NCBI GenBank assembly: GCA_964276515.1
Contig: OZ193909.1
Location: forward strand, 20,770,001 to 20,834,000
DNA from: Gordius albopunctatus
Taxonomy: Eukaryota
DNA: 64,000 bases
Direction of reading: 5' to 3'
Both the position numbers and the translations under genes were made by a program. Below the pieces are notes generated by a model that did no database searches, was not told where the DNA came from, and saw only the letters and a list, made by a program, of their open reading frames with translations. The first letter of the stretch is position 1, and each line of letters opens with the position of its first letter. Shown here piece after piece: positions 27,400 through 40,200 of this stretch.

Positions 27400-27856
27400 T
27401 TATAGAACTCGGGCCTTCGGCCCTCGTGGAAAGGGGGAACGAAACTCATCTATACTCCGTATAGACGTAGCATATTTGCTATGCAATTTATGGGCAAGAA
27501 AGGTGGGAAAGGGCGAGAATGCCTTAAGGGGGGTATTAAATGCAAAATAATTGGACTGACGGGCATAGGGTAAATATCAATGTTAACCAATTCCAACGCG
27601 AAAAAAAAATCGATCAGAATTTGGCCAATGGTAATTTTTTTCATTGGTAAGTAGCCAGCGGAATATCAAAAAGTCATATTATCAATGGTATTAACAAGAA
27701 CAATAAATATTAAAATTTAATTTAAAAAAAATTTTGTCCTCTCCGGGGATTGAACTCGAAACCTATAAGTCAGGAAGCCGGTGAAAATACATTGGAGGGT
27801 AACGGACGGACAACGGCCAACCAAAAAACGAGCCCATAAATTGCATAGCAATTAAT
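27400..27856 (-). mobile_element. Helentron-associated non-autonomous element (HINE/DINE-1-like)
   Basis: 20-bp subterminal inverted repeat ttgctatgcaatttatgggc / gcccataaattgcatagcaa. A terminal GC-rich stem-loop gggccgaaggccc lies just before the minus-strand 3' end. No TSD; inserted at an A/T-rich site directly after the RT FADD motif of the RTE. Confidence 0.65.
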
Positions 27857-29285
27857 AGGTAAATGCAATAGAAGAAAGTGGTATCAGGGTAAATCGAAAT
27901 AAACCAGAATACATGAAGACAAAGTTTAAATCGGATGAAATTCACCTAAGTGCATCCCTTACTTTAGGTGATTGGCAACTTACAAAACGTGGACTCCTTC
28001 AAATATTTAATATCAACACTTCAATCGTGTGGTGGAATGGATAAAGAAATCCAAACAAGAATAAATTCAGGATGGCTCAAATGGAGGGACTAGACAGGCG
28101 TTCTGTGTGACAAAAACATCCCAACAAGACTAAAAGGTTCACGGTATAAATCCATCATCGGCATCATGGGCTATAGGTAAGAGCAACGCCTGGTGTCAAT
28201 GGAGATGAGAGTGCTAAGATGGATAACAGACAAAGCAAAAAAGAACATAAACACAATGAATAAGGAGAAATTTGTACAAAATCTACGAAGACAAAGCTCG
28301 TATCAAACAAATTAATATCGTATGGCCATGTCAAATACGTTATAAAGAGTGAGAAGAAAAATATTACAGAAAAAGAAAAATAAGAAAAATACGCAAGCTT
28401 AAATGGAATCATAAAATAAGGTACAATAGTTAAAATGAATTTTTTATACGGGCGCGACTTTGTATAAAATTAGCAGGCCGTGTTCGGGCTTTTAATTTAA
28501 TATTTTGACGGACCCGGATGCTGGGCTTATAAAATTTTGTAAAGGGCTAGCCGATTTAGTTTGTTATTAATCACAATTATTTGTAATTATATACAATTGC
28601 TAAGCGACATTTAAAACTATATTATGGCCAATTTAATGTAATCATAATCTCGAAATTGAAAATATATGGTATATTTGAAATAATGATCATAGATGTTCGC
28701 AGCACACAGGCTGTAACTAAAGGGTTCAAATGCATCGTTATGACAAACCCGTTAAGTGAAGATAAAACAAAAACGATTTTTTTAATTTCAATTTTATACA
28801 ATCACGATAGATATATAAAAAGATGAATTAACAGTAAGTAAATCATTTACAAACAAATTTGTTGATAACAAACCCCAACACTACACAAGAGCTATATTTG
28901 AAAGATTAACAAAAAAAATTGAACGTTAAAAAATGTAATTTACAATTCAATAATATAACAAATCAATAAATGTGTTTGTGTATGTATGAATATGTGTATG
29001 CATGTTTGAGGGTGTGTAGATAAAATTTAATATACAAATATTTGTATGCAATGGTTATATAAACTTTCAAGTGAATAATTAAATGTGTTTTATGCTAGAG
29101 CATCCCTGAAATGGTATATTAAATGAAGAAGGGTTGCAACAAAATAAAAATGTTTAATTGTATGCGAATGCGCGTGTGGGAGGGGTGGGTGGATGACCTA
29201 ATGGAGATAGGAGTGAGATAAAAATAAACGTAGTCCTGAGTTAATTGTGAAAAGGGGTATTTAATTGTGAATATTCCTTTTTAAT

Positions 29286-32200
29286 TCATTCGTCGCCCAG
29301 CGGGGTTGAGGTTAAGGGTGGTGGAGTTGTTGTTGCATCACCATTCGCATTTATAGTGAGTTCGGCCATTTCTGTTACAGGAGTAGTTTCTTCGTGCGAA
29401 GAAGCATTTGCCACAGTTTCAGCATTATCATCATTACCGTCCTTGTCCCTTTTCCTATCCTATTAAACATATAAGTAATAAGTAGTAAGTATACACATCA
29501 AGTTACAAAATTATGATTTATGACTAAAATCTGTTACAAACTTAATTTTGAAACTTAAGTGGTGTTTTTAAATCCATATTAAATTGTCCTTGATGTTGAA
29601 GTTATGTTGTCTGAAATGCGAACTTTCTATACGGGTAAATAATAACGCTATGAAATTAAAGCAGGTAGCATCTAATTTGACCTTCTCATCAATTATGTCG
29701 ATTTCAGTTTCAAGCTTAGACACAGGTGTAGCCAGCATTGAAATTAGAGGGGGAGGGGCAATGATGATTTAGGGAGGGGCAAAATGATCCTTTTTAGAAA
29801 TTTTAGACATAATTTAAATAAATTTGGATTTAGAGGGGGGCAGTTGCCCCTCTGTAACCCCCCCCCCCTGTCTACGCCGATGAGTTTAGAGGACTTGACA
29901 GTTATGAATAAAAGAGGAGATTGTTACCCCCTTTTTGGAGGCTCCTTTTCTACCACGTCCACCCGTGGCATTATTATTTTGTTCTGTCGTGGGCGGGGGT
30001 GCATCTGGGCAATCTCTCAACAAATGACTATCCGATTTGCAATGGTAACATTGCTTGGCCACCTTGTGATTAGGATCCGCCTTAGGCGACACTCCTTGTG
30101 GTGCGAAAGGGCATTTTGCAGCAATGTGATCTGAAAAGCGTCCGCAGTTATAGCACCTTAAACAAACAGAACAAATAAGAAACTAAGATTATTTTTATGT
30201 TTAGTAGACTAAAATCAAAGTTGGACCAAAGAGAACGTAGCCATTTTTACAACATTAGCGGCACATATATCAAAATGGCGGATGAATGTATTATTTGTAT
30301 AAAGAGAGAGTGTATTTATTATGTGTAAAGATATCGATTGTGAGAAGGAAGGAAGTTAGTTAAAACGTAAAAATTTACCTAATTCTAGGAGGGCGTCTTT
30401 TAGGGACAGGCCTTCTGGTACTGCCTTTACAATCTTTACCTTCCGGTCCAGTCACTAATGTAGCCTCAACTCCTTTGTCCGTATCATGAGATTCAAATTC
30501 AACTTCTTCATTTTCATCCAAACTGCGGAAGCCTTCCATGTGGATAACGTTCTGTAAAATATAAAATACATTGTATTAAATTAGTGTGAAAAATTGAAAA
30601 TATTTTATACGTATATAAAGTTGCCTAGATAATAATTAATAATGCCTGGTGAACAAAAACATCGGGTTGCCCATCTTCTGGAACGATGAAACCATAGCCC
30701 TTGACCACGTTGAACCACTTGACTTTACCTTTGCGGCGAATACCTAATTAATTCACAATTATTCATTTTAAAAGGCCGTCTCCTCGATTAAATTGACAAT
30801 ATCCTAAAATTTATAAATAAACTCCTTCTTCCTAAATTGTCATGTGCGTAGGCAAGGAGGGGGGGGGCAGAAGGGTCACCTAAATCATAATTGCCCCCCC
30901 TCTAATTCCAATGCTGGCTACGTCCATGTGTATATTGTTACCGAGTTTTACATTGCCCTATCATCATGATGTAAAGGCGCGCCTTTTATTCCGAGAAGAC
31001 ATATGGGCGGACATTATTTACGACGACGACGACCCTTTAAAAACTAAAAAGGGTCCTTATGGATGGGTTGTGACAAAGGTGAGGGGAGGGGGCAGGGCAG
31101 GGTAAAAGGAAACGCATTTTTCTTTGATGTCATTATTCAGTGGGCCAAAAATGTGAGAGCAGGCAGGATTACAAAAAATGCCTAAGCTATTTTGATGTGT
31201 AAAGCCATCGGAGGACAAAGCAAACGTGTTACAGGAATGTTGATTTGTAAAAGGGACAAAAATAATGCAGTGCACACCGCCATTTATCTATCAGCTGTTG
31301 ATGTAGTAAAGAAGGCCGTGAAATATGAAATAGGCCAACAATTTTAGGCAAAGAGAGAGGGGGGGGGAGGGAGGGGAAGCATCTTTGAGGAGGCAATGGC
31401 CTCAGGCATTCTGGAATAAGCAGAAAATATGCGGAGTAAGCGTTTTACATATAATAATAGTAAGTAGATAGAGATGGAGTCTATGCATAAAAATTTGCTG
31501 TTAGTCATGATGATATTATACTCGTGGGGGGATTAACTTATTGTTTTCTTATTTTTAATCGATAACCTACGATGAAATTTTGTAAAACAGAATTAAAACT
31601 AAATTGGCACCCGGTATATTTAAAGACATAAATCAAATGTATAAATTCAGCCTGCTGAAATAAAATACTTGGAAGAGCTGTTATTTCAAATTTCGCTAGG
31701 CTAAGCAAGCATTGGAATTAGATGTGGGGGATTAATAATTTAGGGAAGGGCAAAATGATCATTTTTCGAAATAAATTTTACCCGATTTTTGGATTTAGAG
31801 GGGGCTAGGCGCATGTATCTAAAGATTGTCAAGGCAATACAGAAACAAAATGGATAAAAAAACACCACCTTTTTACAATTCGCGGCAAACAATTTAACTT
31901 TAAAACAATATAAACTTAAACTTGTCTCTATTAACTTCTATTTACACTCTAGTTTTACTATTATAAGTAAAGGATAATATTAATTAACAACATTTAAGAT
32001 ATATAAATTTTAAGAAAGCCTTGAAAGATTTGTGGCCTTGTAGAGCATTCAAATCGCCTTCAAATTGGCAGGCTAAACTTACGTAACCCTTGCATAAATA
32101 TTAAGTAAACAAAATATTATCTAATTATATTTCCGCTTAAAATATTAAATCATCATATATTACATAATGCCATTGACATGGTTTAAAGTGTATCTTGTTT

Positions 32201-32485
32201 GGAAAAATAATTTATTTCGATTTTAGGTTAGAAATCAGTTTCACTAGATATTAATATATATCATATCATTAACTCACACGAAATAGATCATTTTAATCAA
32301 TAAACATAAATTAATAAATATAATTCAAATCAATAAATATTAGTTAATAAATACATTGGTAAATAAAATACTAAAAAATAAAACGCGTTAAAAACATACT
32401 TCTATTAATTAATTTAAATAAACTGTATATCGTTAATAAATTAAAATTTTTAAAGAAGACATTTAAAGTTATTACCTGATGACAT
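29286..32485 (-). CDS. lin-28: Lin-28 (cold-shock domain plus two CCHC zinc knuckles), 227 aa
   Basis: Exons 32485-32476, 30743-30646, 30551-30379, 30156-29928 and 29459-29286 total 684 nt in frame. Translation: [55 protein letters not shown]...[12 protein letters not shown]...[16 protein letters not shown]...[15 protein letters not shown]. The 10-nt first coding exon is the least certain part. Confidence 0.95.
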
Positions 32486-34399
32486 TATATACTCCAACTA
32501 CCAAACTTTGACTCATGGAATTTCGCTGAGCGAATATAAAATACAGCACACGATTATTCTTTAAACAAGCAATCAATCAGGTCACAATTTATAGACTTTT
32601 TTAGTCCTCAATAGTTAATTTTTATTGTATCGATCTAGAGCCAACAACGATTAGGGAAGCTTTAATGAGGGGGGATGCGGTGTTGTTTAATAGACTAAAC
32701 ACAATCACGAAAAACACACGTGGAGGTTTAAAGTATCGATTAGGCAAATCAATACTCTCCTAAACTAATGATCCAACGGAGCAGGGCGCAAAATTTGAAG
32801 GCAAAGAGGAAGGAGGGTGCAAAGTTTAAAATGGCGCCCTTATTTATGTTTGTCAACCGAGTAAATATGGAAAGGAAAAGAGATCGGTGAACCTAATCTA
32901 ATCTAACTGTAGGGAGGGAGAGAGAGAGAGAAGTCGCCAGTGATAAACAATCTATAAATGTAGTCACCCCCTCACCCCCCCCCCCCGCTTGTAGATTTCT
33001 AATAAGGTCAATAACAACAAAACTGTCACTCTCGACAAAGTTGCACGTGCACACGCGCGGCACGCTAAGAGTAAATCAGACAAACTAGGTGTTGTGTCGA
33101 TAATTTGAAACTGTCGCGCCTATACATTCATATTTATGCTTATGAAACATTACCCTTGCTTAATGCCCCTTCCTTCATCAAATACTCTTTATTTACTCTC
33201 AAAGCAAGGCACTCACCCCTTATGCCTAATTTTTCAAAATTTTTATACTACTTATCCACCACCACCCCCCCCCCCCCCACACCTTGTCTTTTATATTTAA
33301 TGATCTCGCACTAACTATAAGGCTTTACAACTCTTGACAAATTGTCATCATCACAAATATCGGGCAAAAATTAATTTTTGAATCATCTAAATGCGTGGGT
33401 GGTGGTAATGTAGTCTTATGGGGGCCGGGAGGGGAAATATATTGAGCTAGCCAATTTCCTGTCACTTAAACTCAGTGTCTGGCGGCTCTCTCATTTTCTG
33501 CAGCATTCTGCAAGGAACATAAATTGAAATCATGAATCACCACACTTCCCTCCTTTAGCTTACGTTTTTGTAGAAAGGGCAAATGAAAGGCATATGACCT
33601 CCCAGCCCAGACTATTATAGTAGACCCGCATTCGAAAAATGTGTTGATGTATCAGCATTTTTTTTTTTTAGCTAATGCCAAAATTTATACATCATATTCT
33701 TCTCTCTATCTCGCTTCCTCGCCTTCATATTAAATATGTCCAGACGTCTCAAGCTCAACAACAACATAACTGTCACACTGGAATGTGTGTGTGTGTGTGT
33801 GTATAATAGGGGATGCCTGTCTAATTTACGCCAACAATTTTCATCATGACCTCTATATATTACGGGTCGGTGATATATGGAATTTTTAGGGCCTCCACCT
33901 TGTTTTTGTTGTTACGTAGTGGAAGCAGCATGACATTACTACACTACTATAGTTTGACGGGCATAGTTTAATTTGAAAGGATGACAATTTTGCATCACCT
34001 TTAAAAGTCGATAATTTGGGAAGGGGGGGGGCACCCTTGGGTTAGGGTGACATTAGTGATAAAAACCCACTTTGATGCTGCGGAACTATTAGGGAAAGCT
34101 TGATAATTTAGAATTGGAGACTTGATAAGTTTGTTAGTCTAGAGTAAAAGGTTTACTTGTTATTTACTCTCTTCCAGACAAAAAAATAACGCACTGTCAA
34201 TTAGACTCCACCCACCCTCCAGGTTTAATGCAAAAAAATGTTTTTGTCCTACTCGTTATCGTAATAAATATAACAATAACTATATTAACATCCTACCTAA
34301 TTTATTAAAGCTTATGAATAAAGATGGATTACATCTAGTCAACGAAGAGGCGACAATAAGGATTTAGGGAGCAAAGGTCAGATTTGTTAGGAATTTTAT

Positions 34400-35110
34400 G
34401 CCCGAACCCGGCCCGGTTCAATTTTTTAACTTCATTGCCCGCCCGAACCTTCTAGGTGCCCGCCCGAAACATTAAAGCTGCCCGGCCCGAAATATTAAAT
34501 TTGCCTATTAGGCCCGAAATTTTGCGATCTCAAATTCTTTCAACCACAATTAAAAAATAAGCATTTAATTAATGGCATATTTAAAACAAGTCCATGAAAA
34601 TATTTATGTAGCAATTTTTTAATTAAGTTTAAAGTTTACATATTTAATAAAATATATTAAAATAAACAAAATTGTACTCCCCTCCCTGCCCATAAATAAA
34701 CTTCTTAATGAATAAAATTATTTCAATTAGTCAATCTGTGCTCTGTTAAAACTTACTTTTTTGATAAAAAGACAATAATTTATCAATAGAATTTAAATGC
34801 AATTTATGGATAATTCTTTTAATTTAAAGCAAAAAAAGAAAGGTATAGAAATTTTTTATCATTAAAATAAGTAGTAACTTAGCGAAAGCGACGAATGATA
34901 AGGAAATAATAAAGGTTAATTGGAGAAACTTTGTGATGGCGAAATCAAGTTTCTTAACTTTTTTAGCATTTTAATATGCAATAAGATAAAAAGTAACACA
35001 CTATTTAAAAAATCTTATTAAGCTCGAATTGCCCGAATCCTATCTTCGTGCCGCCTGCCGGGCCCGCGCCGGGCCTGTTTTGGCAGCGGACCGGGCAATC
35101 TGGTCTCTGT
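34400..35110. repeat. GCCCG/CGGGC-rich hAT-type MITE family member (related pieces at ~28450-28560, 54680-54750, 58460-58575, 58745-59112, 60470-60790)
   Basis: Clusters of gcccg/cccga motifs at both ends of an AT-rich core, of the same type as in the TSD-flanked element at 50134-50859. Confidence 0.55.
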
Positions 35111-35466
35111 TAGGGAGGGGCTAAATTCTCATTTTTTGAAATTTTAGGCATAATTTTTTTAAATTTCAACATATTCTTTAATTTAGAGGGGGCGGCCGCC
35201 CCTCCCTACCCCCCCCCCCTTCCTATACCCATTACTATAACATAGAAATTTTTTAACGTCAAAACATGTAATCTCTATATATTTAGTATTTAGTTATTCA
35301 TCTCATCTTTGGACATAAACACGCCAAAAATCGTTTTCACCTTTACCTACCTCGTGTGAATACAATTCAAAAATCGGACAATGATGGGGGGAAACAGCCT
35401 CCGGTTATTTTCCTTTTTCCCTCGTGATTTATGGTTTAATATTGAATGTCCTATATTTGTATCAAT

Positions 35467-35669
35467 TAGAGTTGTTAAATTGCTAACTTTCTTCAACTCC
35501 AGCTACCATCTGCCCGAGTTTCTGCTCGGCCCTCGAGCATTTTTATATTCTACTGCTCTACCTAGTGCACCGAACAGCGAGCTCATATTGTGCTAATGCC
35601 TATATTAAGCAACTCAGTGTGCTTGCTCGCGTCTGTAGTTTGAAGAAAGTTAGCAATTTAACAACTCTA
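35467..35669. mobile_element. hAT-type MITE
   Basis: TIR tagagttgttaaattgctaactttcttcaa / ttgaagaaagttagcaatttaacaactcta. Perfect 8-bp TSD gtatcaat at 35459-35466 and 35670-35677. Confidence 0.9.
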
Positions 35670-36346
35670 GTATCAATAATGTAAGTGGAAAAAGGCGTAA
35701 CATTTTGTGTTCTGTACGGAGTTAATGTTGTAGTGCAAGATTTTTATTTCCTTCTTTTTGACCGTGCAATCGAGTGTTAAAAGTGTTAAGGAGGTGTATA
35801 GATTAATATGATTTTATTTTGTAAATTAAATCAGCAAAAATAATCACCGACCCCTTTCTATTTTATATTACTACAGACTTTATCTTCATAATTTGACCCT
35901 TACCAAACAACTGACTCACGCATGAGCGTAGCCGGGGGGGGGGGGAGGGATGCCCCCCTCTAAATTAAAAAATTTATTAAAATTATGGCTAACTCATTAT
36001 TGCCCCCCCCCCTTTAATTCGAATGCAGGCGTCGCCCATGGGCTCACAACCGAGCGAGACCCTTACCTCGAGAGGGCACTCTAGGATTGGGGCGATCTTA
36101 TCCCCCACCAAGAAGCATCGAAAAAATAACAAGATTCATAACGCTCGGTAGCTTAACATTCTTCCAACAACCTATCTTTGGGAGACTTCTCTTTACATAT
36201 CAATCCGCCGGTGGTATAAATGGCTAAAACCTTGGTTTACTTATTGTCGAGCGAGGAACTTCGCGTTGCAGTAGCTCGGCATTTCTGTTGGGACATTCAT
36301 TGTGTATCAAACCTGTTTTAATTAACATTCAGTATTTCCTTTCACC

Positions 36347-36519
36347 ATGGGCGTAGCCAGCATTGGGATTAGAGGGGGTCAAAAATGATTTGGGGGGGGG
36401 GGGGCAAACTGATCATTTTTGGAAATTTTAGCCATAATTTTAATAAATTCCAACAAATTTTTTGATTTAAAGGGGGGTAGTCGCCCCTCCCTGCCCTCCC
36501 CCCCCTGGCTATGCCCATG
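36347..36519. repeat. Representative of an abundant short MITE family CATGGGCGTAGCC...GGCTACGCCCATG with G/C runs
   Basis: Copies or half-copies at ~14274, 15760, 29723, 30841, 31700, 35921, 36959, 48825, 52480, 55725, 57063, 57913, 58197, 58580, 61900 and 62506. Confidence 0.8.
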
Positions 36520-37289
36520 CATTCAACTGTCAATGCAGAGAGAGACGGTCCATCGTTTCACAGTTAATTATATTATTGGTAGTCTTAAAAGAAAACTGGC
36601 GTTCCTAGATCTTGGCTTAAGCGCAGCGGACAGCAAAAGGCCCTTTGGCATTACCAATACATCGGCTCGCGGCCTATTTTGGGATTTTCAAACTGTTGCT
36701 TGGTGTATTTGCTAAATGAAACAGCTCTAGCAATAGAAATGTCTCAACATTTCTAACTTTTTCCAGTTTTTGCCACGGCTCTCCGTAACATAGAACCCGA
36801 ACGAAAGTAGTCGATTAAAAAATATTTACCGCAATCATTCTATTGGAATTAGAAGGGGCAATAATGATTTGGGAGGAGGGGGGGGGGGGGTCATCACTTT
36901 CCCTCTCCCTATATCATTATTGCCCACCTCCAAATCCAATCCTAGCTAAGCCTATGTACATGGGCGTAGGCGCGGGGGGGGGGCAAAATTTAGGGAAAAA
37001 AAATTTCAATGCAAAAACTCTGAAAAAATTTATGTTTTGCCCCACTCTAGTTGAACTTTTAAACGTTTTGTCCCCCCCCCCATAATCCTAAAACTGGCTA
37101 CGCCCGTGCCCATGTATATATATGGAGTTGCTAAAGTTCATAATATGAACCAGTTTAGAGTTATTTGTAAATTAATCATTTATTTTATCAATAAAAAATG
37201 CTAATCGTTCTTATATTTAGTATTAATTTACGAAATTTATCATTTATTATTTAAATATAAAGCAAATTACGATAAAAAATTATAATTTA

Positions 37290-40200
37290 GGACCTTCAGT
37301 GAATCCTTGTCATGCACTATTCTAAGTTTTAAAATATCCTTTCCACCTTTCCATCACTTCTCTCGGCTTGAATAAGGTTTCGCCCTTCTCGTTTTGGACT
37401 ATTTTAAGAACTCCGACATCGCGACTTTTCTTCTCCCTTATCTTGGCCAATTTGTACATAAGCCTATCGCCCCCCTTATTAATCCAGTTTGTTTGCCATC
37501 TATGTGTACGCGGCATTCTTCGCTTTTGCAACGGCCTTTTTTGCGGGCCTCTTTGCGTCCCTGTACTCTTGATAATCCTCCGACTTTTTTGATTTATGCC
37601 ACCGTCTATATGGATTTTTCTTTCTTTCAACGAACTCTTTAACCGATTGATCCCACCACTATAGTTCCCTATTCATAGCTTTGCCTCCTTTGGTCTGTCC
37701 TATAACACGAATCGTTGTTTCCGTAATGTCCTTAGATAGCGTCTCCCAATCGTTGTCTACGTCCCTTTGCAACTTCCTTGCACCCAAGAGTGAGGAGGCT
37801 TTTTGATGGAATCTTTCGTATCGAATTCGAGGTTCATAGAACTTTCTTCTTTCGGGAATGTGGTGTTTGTGGGGTACTTAAAGTATTTTTATCACCCCCC
37901 CCCTCTCAGTCTCACACTTGTTGTACGCGTTCCATTTATGATGATTCATTTTCATTTTTTAGTATCGCCATAGATATGATTATGATTACCCAGTAATGTC
38001 ATCGAATTTAATTACCCTGCACTATTGATTATTGATAATATATCATCACCTTTAGAGCTATTATGGCATCACCGTGATTGAGCGATAATTAATGACATAT
38101 ACCCGATCGCTCGATATTATAATAATCATAATTATTATATTTTCGCGTATCTCGGTTATTAAATAAAATATATATACGGGACTTTAAAGGAAGAAGAAAA
38201 AATGTCAAGATCATTAACAAGAGGACGATGTTGCCTGGCGATTTCTTCTCTCGGTATTACTTTGGAATCCTTGATACTCCATAAGTCCTTTCGTCGTATA
38301 GGCAAATAGTCAATTTGACTTAAATGCTTCCAACTTCTATAGGTCACAATATGATCTTCGCGTTTCTGAAAATAGGTGTTAAAGATAGGCATGTCATATG
38401 CTTGGGATACTTGGAGAAGTTTTTCCCCTTCTGTAAATAAGAAAGATAAAATAAAATTAATTGTTACTTATATTTAAATTATTATTATTTCAAGGGTTAC
38501 GTTACTATTATCATTTAATCATACACTAAATCCTTTTAGACTTACCTTAAATTTCCATTTAATTATAATCATCTTTAGAATATTTAGAACTATTTAGAAA
38601 TCCAATTTATATCATTTATTCGTGACTCATATTTAAATGGCGTCCCAATAGAATTGCTACTCGACAAAGATCTTAATTAATATATATAATAATTAGAACA
38701 AAAGAAAACGCGGAGGGAGATAAATGGTGTGTAGAGACACGTGATCACAACATATAAACACGCGTATGTATTACTACGCTTCTAACCTATCAATGAGATG
38801 GGGAGGGGTACACATGTATGGTAGACCACACAACAATGGGAGACACTGTACCGCAATGAGAGACTGTGTATAAGCGACTGTACATGCGTTACGCCTGCGC
38901 GCAACCACAACACCTTCTTTATTCTTCAGACCATGCCCATAGCCTCCATGATTGCTTTCATACCCAAGGCGATCTTTCCCTGCGTGAGCGTTGAAATCTG
39001 CCCCAATAATTAGCCTTTCTTCCTGTCTTATTCATTGTATTTCCTTTTTAAATGAATCGAAGAATATGTCTTTCTCTGATTCCAAACCCCCAATTTGGGG
39101 AGCATACGCGCACATAACGGTAGAGCTGTTAAAGTTAATCTTAGATATGAACTAGTTCAAGTTCATAGTTCAATTTGCAAAAATAAATTAGTTCAAGTTC
39201 ATATTTTTTCAAAAGTAACTAGTTCAAGTTCATCCAAAAAAAACGAACTAGTTCAGTTCTTAGTTCAAATTTTACAAAATGAACTAGTTTAAGTTCAGTT
39301 CATAGTTCAGTTCATTTTTTTTAATATTATAGAAATTTAATCCAGTTGAAAAACGTTTTATCTGATCCAAAATTAGTTTTTTAATCTAAGTTCAATCAGC
39401 AATTATACAATTCTATGAATCAAATATTATTTGATGATGAAGATTAATTATTTAAACTTATTATTATTTATTTTAAATTAAAAATAGTCTATTATAAAAT
39501 CTAATTTAATTAAGAATTTCATATAAAGCTTTTTTATACACAAACACAACTAAATAAGCTACACGTGTAAAACCTTTATTTTTCATTTCAAACAATAGAA
39601 TATATATATAAAATTACAATTTATAATAGAAATCAGGGGGAAGTAGATGGGAATTGGACTTCAACAAGATATTATCTTCAAAATTATCATTTAATAAAGA
39701 AGAACGTTTATCCCCAAATATGAAGCCTTTCAACAGGAGCACTAGATGGGAGGCAAATATTATATTTAATAAAAATTTGTTTTAAATTGGGAAACTCGTT
39801 ATACATTTCAAAAGATGTATTGCTTAGTTTTACAAAGTTTTCAATTATTTCTTTATTCGAATCTTCCCGTCTGATGTCAAGGAAATCCAACCCATTGTAA
39901 GCTTGGGGGTTGACATTTTCTTCAGTCACTGGCAAGATAGAATTAATGGCATTTAATATTCTATATTTCTTCTCCTGATTTTTTGATAATCTTATCCAAG
40001 CCCAATCTGTTTTGAACATTGGATGCAGGACAGCTGCAATAATGTTGTCATCATCATAGAGATCTGGAAATCTTGAACCCATAAGATCTATAAAATTAGA
40101 ATCAATATTAAATACCTGATGTTTATGCCTTTTAAAATAGCCTCTTTTAGGGGTTCGCCCCACTTTTGATTTTGGGATTGAATGTCCTCAATAATTCATT

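Larger units (their letters stand above)
24800..28420 (+). mobile_element. Decayed RTE-clade LINE (APE plus RT) with two internal insertions
   Basis: Endonuclease fragments (QETK..., TQLDFFL), RT fragments (QFGFMPERST...DLEKAFDKVPR; HQGSALSPFLF; FADDI) and C-terminal RINSGWLKWR. It is interrupted at ~25470-26200 and ~27400-27856. Confidence 0.85.

Noticed and set aside
25659..27800. tRNA genes
   Set aside because: Only B-box/T-arm-like fragments inside insertions; no complete cloverleaf could be built. The same applies to ~18080-18170.
38433..38916. TG...CA-bounded insertion as a solo LTR
   Set aside because: No matching TSD could be identified and the flanking RTE has a deletion, so it is left as an unclassified insertion.
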